64,000 nucleotides of DNA from assembly GCA_038245295.1 (NCBI GenBank), contig JBBRSP010000011.1, positions 97,812-161,811 on the forward strand, given 5' to 3'. The notes beneath the pieces were generated by a model that searched no databases, had not been told where the DNA came from, and saw only the letters and a list, made by a program, of their open reading frames with translations. The number at the start of each line of letters is the position of its first letter. The first letter of the stretch is position 1. Positions 1 to 10,372 of the stretch are shown here, piece by piece. Position numbers and translations under genes: made by a program. Source of the stretch: Candidatus Binatia bacterium. Its GTDB lineage: Bacteria; Desulfobacterota; Binatia; HRBIN30.

Positions 1-2324
1 GCGTGAGCGTTACGGATCTTCTCCCACAACCCTGCGTCAATCCCGAACAGCGGAGCGCTTCCCCGCAACGCGGCGTCCGTCGAAGCCCAGTCCGTACCGT
101 CCGGTAGAAGCTTGCTCAGCGCTTCATAGAAGTCTTCGGCCTCTTCCAATAGCTGCCTGTCGTGATCCCAAATCCTGTGTGCTGCCGGCTCGCCAGGCTG
201 GTCGTCGAGATGGAGCAGGTGGTACGTTGCCTGCAGAACGTCGATCGGATTGCGGAGCCACTTCACGTGTCGTTCGCGCACCTCGAAGTCGTGACGATGC
301 TCGCTCAGCCACGCGGCCAGGAAGTGCGGCTCTTCGATCAACATCGTGAGCGGGCGTTCGACCAGAGTTTCCTTGATATCCAACACAGCTCGCGTTGCTG
401 CGACAGCGGCATCGCCGCCTTGCTGCGCAGCAGCGACAGCGTGTTTCACGATGCGCTGGAAGGCGTAATCGAAGTCGACTGACTGTGCTTCGCGTGCCAG
501 CTCACCGACCAACGTAAGATACGGCACCACAAATTTGGTCGTCGGCTTGGCCCACGCGTCGCGGCTGGTGAACCACGTGACAATCCCGAAGAGGAACTCG
601 CGGTTCGTGGCCAGGTCCATTCCACGCAGCGTCGTCCGTCGCAGGATCTCCGCCGTCTTTGCAAAGCTCTCTTGTCGTCCCTCACCGGTGGCCAGCAATA
701 GAGCAATGTTGGAATCGTACGCGCCTGCCAAACGGTAACGCATGAAGAGATCGGTATCGGGGTTCTTGATCGAGATCCCTTGGTCGTCGCGAATCTCACC
801 GTCAATGGCATCCGACCAGGAGATAATGACCCCGCCAGCGGACGGCGTCAGAGCACGATCGGTCGCGTTGAGCCGCACTTCCAGGGCCGCGGCGTGACGC
901 GGAACTCGTATGGGCTTCGGGAGCCTGTCCTTGTGCTTGCCGATGATTGCCATGCACTCGACGAGGGAATGGATGTCGAAGCTGTCGGTCGGGTCCTCAG
1001 GGTTCACGAAGCGCAGGGCGTAACAAAGCTCCGAGACGCGGTGTTCCACCTGGATGCGGGTGTTGACCTCCATGAAATAGTGGCGTTGACCTTCGACGAT
1101 ACATTCGAAGGTGGACGCCGAGTCGAGTCCAACCGCGCTGCCAAAACGCTCGGCCTGTTCTTCCATGCGCTTCAGAACAGCCAGGTCCGCTTCGAGAATC
1201 GAGGCTCGTTTGTGGTCGGAGCCACGCTTGGCGCGGTCGATCTCTAGCTGCAGGCCCTCTTGAGTGACCGACACTTCGACGAGCTTCTGTTCGTACATTT
1301 GGAGCGAGCAATCGCGCCCACCGAGGGACAGGCACCACTTCCCATTGCCGATGATCTGAATCTCGTTGTGCCGAGTCTCTTCGACATTCAACTCGATCAA
1401 CATGTTCTTGTTGTCGCCGGCCCCAGTCGCCTTGACTTCATTGAGGACCTCGCGCGCCAGGCCAGCGACATTCTGGGCGTCAGAGAAAATCCGTTGCCCC
1501 TTGCCGCCGCCTCCGCCGATGGCCTTGAGTCGAAAGCGTCTGCCAGGGTTGTCTCGGAGAAGTACCGCGGCTTCGTTTTGGATCTGCGCGCACAAATCCT
1601 CAATGGAGAAGAGCTCGATCCCTTTGGCGTAGGACGCATCGAGGAGGCTCTCGGCCAACTCTTCCAAACCGACTCCGGTGTCGTGTAGGCTCTGGACATC
1701 GATTCCGTGCCCGGTCGCGGCCTGCTGAAGGGCGGCGCGCTCTGGGAACTTTGCCAAGAGCGTGCGGACGGTTGCGTCGTTGATACCCGGAGTGACCGAG
1801 ACGGCATTGGCGATTGCCGTTCGTTTGGCCTCATCCTTTGCCCCGGCTGCCTCTTGGGTGCGAGAGCAAGGTCCGATGAAAACCACTCCGGCGTTCTCCA
1901 GGGTGCGAACGAAGTCCGCGTCCTCGGCCATGAAGCCGTACCCGGCAAAAATAAACTTGTACCCGTGTGTGCGGCAGATTGCGATGATCTGCTCGACTCG
2001 CTGCACACGCTCTTCCTTGGTCGCGCCCGTGTAGTCGGGGATTGGATGTACGTTGCGCGGATCCATGACCCGCAATTCCGGGGACAGGGCGCGCGGAAAC
2101 ACAATACTGTCGCGTTCTGATAGGAGGATGCCGACGTTGGTCATCCCCATTTCGCGGAAGACGTCGATCGCCTCCTTGCGGATGGGGCCACGGCAGACAA
2201 TGAGAACACTCATGTCCTCGCTGGCGAAGGAGCGTACCCAAGCAGAGGCCGAGGTGCCGAGCCGACGATCGCGGTGCACCAGGGGATTGTTCGAATAAGC
2301 GTCGTAGGGGCGAGGGTCGCGCAT
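1..2324 (-). CDS. Large atypical biotin carboxylase subunit of an acyl-CoA carboxylase; 3' end runs off the window (>774 aa)
   Basis: Missing from the ORF track because there is no stop in the window. Manual translation from ATG 2324 (overlaps upstream TGA as TGATG) gives [21 protein letters not shown]...IFAGYGFMAED...LKAIGGGGGKGQR...RDCSLQMYEQKLVE...YFMEVNTRIQVEHRVSE, which are ATP-grasp biotin carboxylase motifs. I translated the frame in stretches, including the final codons at base 3, and saw no stop. Confidence 0.9.
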   Translation of the reverse strand, partial: MRDPRPYDAYSNNPLVHRDRRLGTSASAWVRSFASEDMSVLIVCRGPIRKEAIDVFREMGMTNVGILLSERDSIVFPRALSPELRVMDPRNVHPIPDYTGATKEERVQRVEQIIAICRTHGYKFIFAGYGFMAEDADFVRTLENAGVVFIGPCSRTQEAAGAKDEAKRTAIANAVSVTPGINDATVRTLLAKFPERAALQQAATGHGIDVQSLHDTGVGLEELAESLLDASYAKGIELFSIEDLCAQIQNEAAVLLRDNPGRRFRLKAIGGGGGKGQRIFSDAQNVAGLAREVLNEVKATGAGDNKNMLIELNVEETRHNEIQIIGNGKWCLSLGGRDCSLQMYEQKLVEVSVTQEGLQLEIDRAKRGSDHKRASILEADLAVLKRMEEQAERFGSAVGLDSASTFECIVEGQRHYFMEVNTRIQVEHRVSELCYALRFVNPEDPTDSFDIHSLVECMAIIGKHKDRLPKPIRVPRHAAALEVRLNATDRALTPSAGGVIISWSDAIDGEIRDDQGISIKNPDTDLFMRYRLAGAYDSNIALLLATGEGRQESFAKTAEILRRTTLRGMDLATNREFLFGIVTWFTSRDAWAKPTTKFVVPYLTLVGELAREAQSVDFDYAFQRIVKHAVAAAQQGGDAAVAATRAVLDIKETLVERPLTMLIEEPHFLAAWLSEHRHDFEVRERHVKWLRNPIDVLQATYHLLHLDDQPGEPAAHRIWDHDRQLLEEAEDFYEALSKLLPDGTDWASTDAALRGSAPLFGIDAGLWEKIRNAH

Positions 2325-4084
2325 CAGTGAAACTCCCGCTGTACGGATTGCCAGGGGCCGGCTTCGTAGTGGTTGAGAAGGAACCGCAGGCGCTGGCCGA
2401 GCACAGAGCGCAGGTCCGTGGGCATGACGATTTCGGAAATCGAACCCAGGCTAAGGGCTTCACGCGGGTTCATGAGCTCGCGCTCGTACCGTTGATTGAA
2501 CTCGACTTCCTGCGCTTTGAGCCAGTCGCTGGCTTCGCGCTCGGCTTCTGTCTTTGCCGCGCCCGGAGCCAGGCCGGCGGCGATACGCGCCGCCGTGCCG
2601 TCTTTCACCATGGAGGCGGCCTTGGCGCGCACCTGTTGGAGCTCTTTTTTGTATGTGTACTCTTTGCCCGCTGTTCCCATGACGGCAACGCGTGTCGTCG
2701 GCAGCGCCAGAACCAAGTCAGCACCCGTGGCGTAAGAGTTGAAGGCTGCGTAGGCGCCACCGAAAGCGTTGCGTAGGATCAACAGGATGCGCGGTGTGCG
2801 CAGATCGATGATTGCATCCAACATGGCTCGGCCGGCTTGAACGATGCCTCGGCTCTCCTGGTCGCGGCCCGGTAAGAATCCGGTCGTATCTTCCATGAAG
2901 ATCACTGGGATGTTGTAGATGCTGCAGAAGCGTACGAAGCGGGCAATCTTGTAGGCGGCGTCGATGTCGATTTGACCGCTCGCTACCGCGCTGTTGTTCG
3001 CCACAAATCCGACGACGTGGCCACCCAATCGTCCGAAACAAGTGATGGCATTGCGAGCCCGATCCGGTTGAATCTCGAAGTAGTCCCCGTGATCACACAC
3101 CTGCTGGATGATGATCGAGACATCGAACGGGGTATTGAACCCACTCGGTGAATTCAGAGCTTTCCGTAACATCGTATCGATCTCGGTCGTACGCCGCTCA
3201 ATTGAGTCGGAAGTGTTTTGAAACGGCGGCGCAGCCTTATTGGAAGCCGGCAGATAGCTGAGGAGACGTTGCGCCGTGCGCAAGGCCGCGACTTCGTCGG
3301 CTACGGTGATGTCGGTCACACCACTCGCCCCGTGCACACTTGGACCGCCGAGTTCCTCGGGGGTGACATCCTCGCCCAGGACACTCTTCACCACACCGGG
3401 GCCGGTGAGTCCAAAGAATGTTCCACTCGGCTGAATCATGAAGCTGCCTTGTCGAGGCAGATACGATCCACCACCGGCGTTAAAACCAAACATGCACATG
3501 ATGCTCGGCACCACACCGCTAATCTTGCGCAGCGCGGTGAATGCTTCGGCATACCCATCGAGGCCGCCGACACCAGCCGGAACAAATGCTCCGGCGCTAT
3601 CGTTCATGCCGATCAGGGGAATTGCGCGGTCACCGGCCAGATAAATGAGGTTCGCCAACTTGCGACCATTGGTCGCATCCATTGAGCCGGCGCGAACCGC
3701 AAAGTCATGTCCGTAGAGGGCGACATCGCGGCCGCGAATCTGGACAATCGCCGTGACGATCGACGCGCCATCGAGATTGGGCCCCCAGTTCTGATACAGG
3801 ATCGCCGGCTGGGTTCCCTGGTCCTGCAGGACATCGATGCGCTCCCACACCGTCATCCGATCTTTGGCGTGTTGCCTCAGGACTTGAATCGCGCCAGCCG
3901 CTGCTTGCGGTTTCCGGCGTAGTTCCTGGCCCTGTGCCAGAGCGAGATCGTACGGACTTTGCGTTGCCGTACCGACAATCTCTGGGATTGCCAAAGGATT
4001 GCTGAGGGAGGGGATGGCGAATGCGCTCCGAGTCTCTTCCACGTTGGAGGCGCCGCGTCCCTTCGTACTGGCTTTTGCTGCCAT
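2324..4084 (-). CDS. Acyl-CoA carboxylase carboxyltransferase (beta) subunit
   Basis: [31 protein letters not shown] and AFGGAY carboxyltransferase motifs; translationally coupled to the biotin carboxylase gene. Confidence 0.92.
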   Translation of the reverse strand: MAAKASTKGRGASNVEETRSAFAIPSLSNPLAIPEIVGTATQSPYDLALAQGQELRRKPQAAAGAIQVLRQHAKDRMTVWERIDVLQDQGTQPAILYQNWGPNLDGASIVTAIVQIRGRDVALYGHDFAVRAGSMDATNGRKLANLIYLAGDRAIPLIGMNDSAGAFVPAGVGGLDGYAEAFTALRKISGVVPSIMCMFGFNAGGGSYLPRQGSFMIQPSGTFFGLTGPGVVKSVLGEDVTPEELGGPSVHGASGVTDITVADEVAALRTAQRLLSYLPASNKAAPPFQNTSDSIERRTTEIDTMLRKALNSPSGFNTPFDVSIIIQQVCDHGDYFEIQPDRARNAITCFGRLGGHVVGFVANNSAVASGQIDIDAAYKIARFVRFCSIYNIPVIFMEDTTGFLPGRDQESRGIVQAGRAMLDAIIDLRTPRILLILRNAFGGAYAAFNSYATGADLVLALPTTRVAVMGTAGKEYTYKKELQQVRAKAASMVKDGTAARIAAGLAPGAAKTEAEREASDWLKAQEVEFNQRYERELMNPREALSLGSISEIVMPTDLRSVLGQRLRFLLNHYEAGPWQSVQREFH

Positions 4085-4317
4085 TCTGAGTGGCCCTTCT
4101 GCTACCGTTGCTATGGTTCGCTGTCGCTAGACGACCGGCGTTTCTAACAGGTTACTCGCCCGCGACAAGGGTGGGGCTCGCTTGGTACCGGGCCGCTTCA
4201 CCGTCGAGTAGACAAATGGTAAATCGACCACGGAGTCAAGTTCCCCGAAAGGGGCAGAAACTGGGTTTCGAGAGAGGCATGACCTGGGGTATGAATCCGC
4301 GACACTCGGGAGGATCT

Positions 4318-4725
4318 ATGTTCGACAGGGAAATTACATGGGCAAGCGTCATTCTGGCTGCCGTCGTTCTGCTGAGCGCTGCGTCATCCCGTGCCTGGGC
4401 CTGGGACGTGGCCTCGATCGCGCAGCGCGATACGATCCGCCTGCAAACCGATTGCCCCGGCGAGGGCCCGTACACCTTTCCCGTGTGGGTGGTCGCGGTA
4501 GACGGACACGTGTTCGTGCGTCTTGGGTCCCGGGCTGCGGATCGTGTCGAGTGTGCGGGACATTCGACCGTGGGTGTCGAGATCGGTACCCAGCACTACG
4601 ATGTCCGCTGGTACGCCGCGCCCGAACTGGTGTCGCGGGTGGATGCCGCCATGGCGGCCAAGTACCCAAGCGATCTGCTGATCCGGTGGTTTCCCCATCG
4701 CCTCGTTGCTCGCCTCGATCCTTAG
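4318..4725 (+). CDS. Secreted DUF2255-like / split-barrel protein
   Basis: ATG 4318 with GGAGGA RBS; signal peptide ending AWA; PVWVVAVDGHVFVR and VDAAMAAKY pattern. The ORF-track extension to 4090 looks non-coding. Confidence 0.6.
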   Translation: MFDREITWASVILAAVVLLSAASSRAWAWDVASIAQRDTIRLQTDCPGEGPYTFPVWVVAVDGHVFVRLGSRAADRVECAGHSTVGVEIGTQHYDVRWYAAPELVSRVDAAMAAKYPSDLLIRWFPHRLVARLDP

Positions 4726-4752
4726 ACCCGGTTCCTTGCCGCCATCCATGTC

Positions 4753-5208
4753 TTATTTCATGGGATCAGGCGGAACGTCGATGAAGTCGACGCCTTGACC
4801 GGCGGCGATGCGGTGTTTGGCAGCATAACCAGCGTGAACCTCAAGCACGTAGCGGGATGGGAGCCCGACGCTCCGCGGGGCCAGTGTGAATGGTTGTGCA
4901 TCATTGATGATCCCGACAATCTGGCGGCTGCTGTTGATGAAAATCATGTCGAGAGCCGTCGGCGTGTTTTTCATCCAAAAGGACTGCTCACTTTCCTTGG
5001 GAAACAGGAAGAGCATTCCGGCGTCGGCACCGAGGTTCGTCCGATACATCAACCCTTGCATCCGCATCTCGGGTGAGTCGGCGATCTCAACGACGACAGG
5101 AACCTCGCCTTGCGGTGTGTGGATACTTACCTTGGGCTTCGCTTCGCAAGCAGCCAATAACGTCACCAGTGCCAACGCCGCGAAAAAATTCGCATTACTC
5201 CTGTGCAC
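4753..5208 (-). CDS. DUF192 family lipoprotein
   Basis: EIAD...RMQGLMYR...GMLF.F...FWMKNT...LDMIFI...YVLEV motifs; lipobox LLAAC; start placed at GTG 5208. Confidence 0.88.
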   Translation of the reverse strand: MHRSNANFFAALALVTLLAACEAKPKVSIHTPQGEVPVVVEIADSPEMRMQGLMYRTNLGADAGMLFLFPKESEQSFWMKNTPTALDMIFINSSRQIVGIINDAQPFTLAPRSVGLPSRYVLEVHAGYAAKHRIAAGQGVDFIDVPPDPMK

Positions 5209-5296
5209 TCGGGCGACGCTACCTTGCAATGAAAATGCCTTTCTCGTAGGACTCGTCGTAGTCGCTACCCGCGCATAATCCGGAGGTTGATAGCCA

Positions 5297-7390
5297 ATGT
5301 CGTGGAGTCCGTTCATCTTCGCAGCTCTCATTGCCGGTGCCTTGGGCTATCTGGCGAAAACTCTTTACGGCCGAGTGCAGGTTCTGCTCAAGGTCCAAAA
5401 GGTTGATCGCTTCGATAACATTCCGGAGCGCATCAAAGCAGTCCTCGTTTACGCTTTTGGTCAGAAAAAGTTCGTCCAACAACAGCCCCGGCCGAATACG
5501 CGCATCAGCGAGCAGGCTGCCGGGTGGCTGCATTTCTTCGTATTTTGGGGTTTTGTCATCCTCGGCGAACAAGTGATTACCATGTTCGGTCGCGGTTTCT
5601 TCCCCAACTTCCAGGTTCCGCTCATGGGGGCGAGCCAACTGGGTGGGCCCTATTTCTTCTTGAAAGACATGATGGAGGTCGTGGTCTTCGTCTGTGTCAT
5701 CATCCTGCTGTATCGCTGGTTGGTCACTCACCCGGCCCGTCTCTACGGATACAAGCCCGCTGAGAATCGTCTCGCCGGCCAATCGCACGGCGAAGCCTAT
5801 CTGATCCTGTGCTTAATCGGCTGCATCATGATCGGCGGGAAGCTCTACGATGCCGGGCGTATGGTCTTCTTGGCGAACGATCCGGAAGTTCAGGCCGAGA
5901 TGTGGTGGCAGCCGGTCGGCCACTTCGTGGTTGCGCCAATGCTCAACGCCATCGGCGGCGCCAGCTTCGCGAAACTGGCCAGCGACTTCGGCTGGTGGCT
6001 GCATAACTGCGTCATTCTCGCTTTCGTCAACCTCCTTCCATTATCGAAGCACTTCCACATCATCACGTCACTGCCGAACGTGTTCTTCGTTAAGACCGAG
6101 CCGAAGGGCGCCCTCAGCAAGCAGGATCTCGAGAACGCGACGACGTTCGGCACGTCCCACATCAATCAATTCACCTGGAAGCAGGTTCTCGACATGTACT
6201 CATGCACCGAGTGCGGTCGCTGTTCGTCGCATTGTCCGGCAACGCATAGTGGCAAGGAGCTCGCACCACGTCAGCTGCTCCTCAATCTGCGCGACTACCT
6301 TTACGAACACGAGAAAGAGGCTGCCAACGTTCCGATCCCAGCGGCCGGGCCGGGCGAAGCCGCCGCCGAGGCGGTGAACGTCGGCGAAAACATTGTCGGC
6401 GAGCGGCTCATCCATGATGAGGTCTTGTGGGCCTGCACGAGCTGCCGAGCTTGCGAAGAAGCCTGTCCGGTCATGATCGAGTACGTCGACAAGATCGTCG
6501 ATATGCGCCGCCACCTGGTTCAGGAGGAAGCACGTTTTCCTGCCGAGCTGACCCGTACCTTCAAGAACATGGAGACGCAGAGCAATCCATGGGGTGTCGA
6601 TGCGATGACCCGCGACGCATGGGCCGAAGGGCTTGATATTCCCATGTTCGCGGACAAGCCGGACGCCGAATTTCTCTACTACGTCGGCTGCGCCGGCGCG
6701 TTTGATGACCGCGCCAAAAAGACCACGCAGGCCGTTGCCAAGGTTCTGAAGAAGGCGGGTGTCGACTTTGCCATTCTGGGCAAAGAAGAGATGTGCAACG
6801 GCGAAACGGCCCGTCGCATCGGCAATGAGTACTTGTTCCAGACCATGGCGACGATGTGTGTTGAGACGATCAACAACTACAACGTCAAAAAGATCATCAC
6901 CAACTGTCCACACTGCTTCAACACTTTGAAGAATGAGTTCCCGCAGTTTGGCGGTAACTACGAAGTTCAACACGCGGTAGACTTCGTGCGCCAGCTGATC
7001 GGTGAGGGGAAGGTGGAGTTCAACGTCAACGGCGCCCAGACGGTGACCTACCACGACTCGTGTTACCTCGGTCGGTACAATGAGGTTTACGAAACACCGC
7101 GCGAGATTCTCGGACTCATCCCGGGGGTGACTCTGAAGGAACCCGAGCGCAACAAGAAATTCGGGATGTGTTGCGGCGCCGGCGGCGGCCGCATGTGGAT
7201 GGAGGAAGAACCTGACAAGCGCGTCAACATCAAGCGCGTTGAACAACTGCTCGAAACCGAGCCGAATACGGTCGCGGTGGCTTGCCCGTTCTGCATGACG
7301 ATGATCGACGACGGCATCAAGGCCAAGGGAATGGAAGAGAAAGTCCAAGCCCTCGACGTCATGGAGATGGTGGCGAGCAACATGAAGTAG
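5297..7390 (+). CDS. Membrane Fe-S oxidoreductase (TM/heme-b-type domain + 2x[4Fe-4S] + 2 CCG domains), EtfD/FadF-like ETF:quinone oxidoreductase
   Basis: N-terminal TM helices with His (WLHFF, WLHNC); CTECGRCSSHCP and CTSCRACEEACP; CCGAGGG; TNCPHC; ACPFC; adjacent to etfBA. Confidence 0.88.
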   Translation: MSWSPFIFAALIAGALGYLAKTLYGRVQVLLKVQKVDRFDNIPERIKAVLVYAFGQKKFVQQQPRPNTRISEQAAGWLHFFVFWGFVILGEQVITMFGRGFFPNFQVPLMGASQLGGPYFFLKDMMEVVVFVCVIILLYRWLVTHPARLYGYKPAENRLAGQSHGEAYLILCLIGCIMIGGKLYDAGRMVFLANDPEVQAEMWWQPVGHFVVAPMLNAIGGASFAKLASDFGWWLHNCVILAFVNLLPLSKHFHIITSLPNVFFVKTEPKGALSKQDLENATTFGTSHINQFTWKQVLDMYSCTECGRCSSHCPATHSGKELAPRQLLLNLRDYLYEHEKEAANVPIPAAGPGEAAAEAVNVGENIVGERLIHDEVLWACTSCRACEEACPVMIEYVDKIVDMRRHLVQEEARFPAELTRTFKNMETQSNPWGVDAMTRDAWAEGLDIPMFADKPDAEFLYYVGCAGAFDDRAKKTTQAVAKVLKKAGVDFAILGKEEMCNGETARRIGNEYLFQTMATMCVETINNYNVKKIITNCPHCFNTLKNEFPQFGGNYEVQHAVDFVRQLIGEGKVEFNVNGAQTVTYHDSCYLGRYNEVYETPREILGLIPGVTLKEPERNKKFGMCCGAGGGRMWMEEEPDKRVNIKRVEQLLETEPNTVAVACPFCMTMIDDGIKAKGMEEKVQALDVMEMVASNMK

Positions 7391-7422
7391 CACCCGGCGC
7401 TGCGCGAGCGCTACTGAAACGG

Positions 7423-7454
7423 AAAAAGGGCAGCCGGTGACGGCTGCCCTTTTT
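7423..7454. terminator. Bidirectional rho-independent terminator
   Basis: AAAAAGGGCAGCCG-GTGA-CGGCTGCCCTTTTT, a perfect inverted repeat with A/T tracts between convergent genes. Confidence 0.92.
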
Positions 7455-7477
7455 CATTTGGAGTGTTCGACGCGTTG

Positions 7478-8443
7478 CTACTTGAGCTTCTTCACTTCTT
7501 CAGTCATTTCCGGCACGGCCTTGAACAAGTCGGCGACCAGGCCGTAATCGGCAACCTGGAAGATCGGCGCCTCGGCATCTTTGTTGATGGCGACGATGAT
7601 CTTCGAGTCCTTCATGCCGGCCAAGTGCTGGATCGCACCTGAAATGCCGACCGCAATATAAAGCGCTGGTGCTACGACCTTACCGGTCTGACCAACCTGC
7701 AGGTCGTTGGGAACGAAACCCGCGTCGACAGCCGCGCGGCTGGCGCCCATGGCGGCGCCGAGCGCATCGACCAGAGGCTCGAGAACCGTCTTGAAGTTCT
7801 CGCCCGACTTCAGGGCCCGACCACCGGAGACGATGATGCTGGCCTCGGTGAGGACCGGACGATCCGATTTGACTTCGTTGAAGCTAACGAACTTGGTCTT
7901 CTTGGAGTCGGCGTCGATACCCGCAGCGACCTTCTCGACCGCACCCTTGCTACCGCCCTTGGCCGCTGGATCGAAGGCCGTCGTGCGGACGCTTACCACC
8001 TTCTGAGCGCTGGTAATGCTCACTGTCGCAATGGCATTGCCGGCATACATCGGCCGCTCCAGGCTGCCGTCGGCATTGAATGCCATGACATCACTCGCCA
8101 TGCCGGCGCCGAGAAGGGCGGCGACGCGCGGGAGAAGATCCTTGCCCACTGCCGTGGCGGCAGCGACGAGTGTCGCGGCTCCCTTTTCGTTCACCACCTG
8201 AGCCAACGCGGCCGCGTGTGCGTCGGCCGTGTAATTGGCGAGGGCGGCATCGTCGACGACGTAGACCTTGACGCCGTATTCGGCGACTTCGTTCGCGACG
8301 GCATCGACGCCACTACCGAGGACGACGGCCTGGCACTCGCCGCCACTCTTCGCCGCTGCGTCTTTGCCCGCCGCGATCGCTACCTGCGTTGTCTTGAGAA
8401 CCTTCTGAGCGTGATGCTCTGCAAAAACGAGTACGTTTCCCAT
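7478..8443 (-). CDS. etfA: Electron transfer flavoprotein alpha subunit
   Basis: [46 protein letters not shown]. Confidence 0.97.
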   Translation of the reverse strand: MGNVLVFAEHHAQKVLKTTQVAIAAGKDAAAKSGGECQAVVLGSGVDAVANEVAEYGVKVYVVDDAALANYTADAHAAALAQVVNEKGAATLVAAATAVGKDLLPRVAALLGAGMASDVMAFNADGSLERPMYAGNAIATVSITSAQKVVSVRTTAFDPAAKGGSKGAVEKVAAGIDADSKKTKFVSFNEVKSDRPVLTEASIIVSGGRALKSGENFKTVLEPLVDALGAAMGASRAAVDAGFVPNDLQVGQTGKVVAPALYIAVGISGAIQHLAGMKDSKIIVAINKDAEAPIFQVADYGLVADLFKAVPEMTEEVKKLK

Positions 8444-8455
8444 GGTTCAACTCCA

Positions 8456-9250
8456 CTAGATGGCTTTGGCTTCGTTGTGCAGAACCTGCACGAGCTCTTG
8501 CACCGACTCGACCGTGCGGCCCGCTTGACGCTTGGGCGGCGGGCTCAATTTGAGAATTTTGGTCTGCGGGGCGATATCAACCCCGAGGCTGTCTGCGGCG
8601 ATTTCCTTCAGTTCCTTCTTACGCGCCTTCATGATGCCGGGGAGCGAAGCGTAGCGCGGTGTATTCAAGCGGAGATCCACCGTGATGACCGCCGGCAGGG
8701 GGCACTCGAGGGTCTCCAGGCCGCCATCGACCTCGCGCATAACTTTGGCCGTGCCGCCGGAGAGTTGAATGCCCGGTTGGCTGTTCTTTTCGGCTTCCGA
8801 GTCGAGGCTTTCCGCCTTCGAGGCGAACGTCGCCTGCGGCCAACCAAGGAGAGCTGCCAGCATCTGGCCAGTCTGATTGCTGTCGTCGTCGATCGCCTGT
8901 TTGCCCATCAAGACTAGGTCAGCCTTTTCATCGGTGGCCAGCTTGTGGAAGATTCGCGCCACCCCGAGTGAGTCGAGATCGGCCGGAGCGAGCACCAGGA
9001 TTGCCCGGTCCGCACCCATCGCCAACCCAGTACGCAACTGCTCAGAGGCGACTTTGTCGCCGACGCTGACCAGTACAACCTCCGCACCGCCACCTTTTTC
9101 CTTGATGCGCAACGCTTCTTCGACGGCGATTTCGTCGAATGGGTTGACGACGTACTTCAGGTTGGTCGTATCGATGCCCGTGCCGTCAGGTTTCACCTTG
9201 ATCGCGGCATTGGGGTCCGGCACACGCTTCACCGTGACGAGAATCTTCAC
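8456..9250 (-). CDS. etfB: Electron transfer flavoprotein beta subunit
   Basis: KILVTVKRVPD, NPFDEIAVEEA, LAMGADRA, GKQAIDDD, PRYASLPGIMKA; GTG 9250 with GGAGG RBS. Confidence 0.97.
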   Translation of the reverse strand: MKILVTVKRVPDPNAAIKVKPDGTGIDTTNLKYVVNPFDEIAVEEALRIKEKGGGAEVVLVSVGDKVASEQLRTGLAMGADRAILVLAPADLDSLGVARIFHKLATDEKADLVLMGKQAIDDDSNQTGQMLAALLGWPQATFASKAESLDSEAEKNSQPGIQLSGGTAKVMREVDGGLETLECPLPAVITVDLRLNTPRYASLPGIMKARKKELKEIAADSLGVDIAPQTKILKLSPPPKRQAGRTVESVQELVQVLHNEAKAI

Positions 9251-9412
9251 AGGAGCCTCCTCTTGAATTTGGGGGAATCTCAGGACGTCGGCGTAGCTAA
9301 CATAGGGGTATTGACCACTCAAGATAGCGCCGAACCAGAAGCTCTTATCGATCCATTAAGCGGTGTACGAAGCCTGTCCCCCGAGGTGGGACAACACACG
9401 GCGTAGCCGGTT

Positions 9413-10192
9413 CTACTCTGGCGTCTCGAAGCCGAGCCGGGCGGAGAGATCGCGGCCAGCCTTGAGCATGACGGGAACCAGTTCCTTCTCGATTCGCTCC
9501 TGGGATAGGCGGTAACTTGGCCCGGCGATCGCCAGGCTGGCGACCATGGTCCGCGTGTAGTCGCGAATTGGCACGGCGATCGAGCGTACGTCCTCGACAT
9601 GCTCGCCAATTTCAACCGCGTATCCGTTCTCGGCGATCTTCACGAGGTGTGCGTCGAGCGCGCCTCGGTCGATAATCGTCTTCTCCGAAAACTTTTGGAG
9701 GATGTCGGGCAGCGCGTCACGTAGTTCGGCCTCACCACAGGCCAAGTGCAGCTTACCGACTGCCGTGGCATGGAGCGGCAGGGGATCGCCAACCTGCGCC
9801 ACGAGCCGCACCGACTGCTCAGGTTCACATGCTTCGAGCGGAACGATGGATCGGTTGCGCAACACAGCCAGCAACGCCGTTTCACGGGTCGCTTGCGCAA
9901 CCTCACGCATGACCGTGCGAGCCTGGCGCAGCAAGCCGAGCTGGTTGACGAAACGTTCCCCGAGGCGCAGGCAGCGCACGCCCAGGCGATAGTTTTCGGT
10001 CGATTTGTTTTGTTCGATGTAGCCGCGTGCTTCCAGCGTGGCCAGGAGTCGGAATACGTTGTTCTTGTGCAACTTGAGGCGCTTGCTGAGGTCGGTCACC
10101 CCCAACTCATCGTCGCCGCGAAACTGCTCGAGGACGTCAAGCGCGTGCGAGACGGCAAGTATCGTGTAGTTGCTCTTTTCGCGCCGAACCAT
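9413..10192 (-). CDS. IclR family transcriptional regulator
   Basis: HTH (LGVTDLSKRLKLHKNNVFRLLATL) plus C-terminal effector domain (PLHATAVGK, SIAVPI); resembles the conserved deltaproteobacterial IclR type as I recall it. Confidence 0.93.
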   Translation of the reverse strand: MVRREKSNYTILAVSHALDVLEQFRGDDELGVTDLSKRLKLHKNNVFRLLATLEARGYIEQNKSTENYRLGVRCLRLGERFVNQLGLLRQARTVMREVAQATRETALLAVLRNRSIVPLEACEPEQSVRLVAQVGDPLPLHATAVGKLHLACGEAELRDALPDILQKFSEKTIIDRGALDAHLVKIAENGYAVEIGEHVEDVRSIAVPIRDYTRTMVASLAIAGPSYRLSQERIEKELVPVMLKAGRDLSARLGFETPE

Positions 10193-10312
10193 TGCGTCCT
10201 CCCGCCAGCCTGAGAGACCGTTTTACTAGATGAGTTATTGGATGGATGCAATTCGCATCGTAATTCGGGTCTGTGATCCGCGGTGCCGTCGCCGTCGCCA
10301 TGGCGTCGTCAC

Positions 10313-10341
10313 TTGAAATGGTTGGCCGCCGTTCCTATACC
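10313..10341 (+). promoter_or_regulatory. Putative sigma70 promoter for the 10373-12735 operon
   Basis: TTGAAA (10313-18), 17-bp spacer, TATACC (10336-41), followed by GGAGG RBS and ATG 10373. Confidence 0.55.
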
Positions 10342-10372
10342 GGCCGCGACCCTTCATGTCGGGAGGTAAACC

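Noticed and set aside
162-2463. Many ORF-track entries here (e.g. 780..1247 +, 1260..1688 +, 1397..2104 -, 1831..2463 -)
   Set aside because: They are shadows of the real minus-strand biotin carboxylase frame starting at 2324, which the track missed because it has no stop in the window
4230-4275. CCCC-GAAA-GGGG tetraloop hairpin upstream of the 4318 gene as a riboswitch (c-di-GMP-I-like)
   Set aside because: Only a 4-bp stem; the flanking conserved nucleotides of the riboswitch classes I know are absent. An Rfam scan would settle it.
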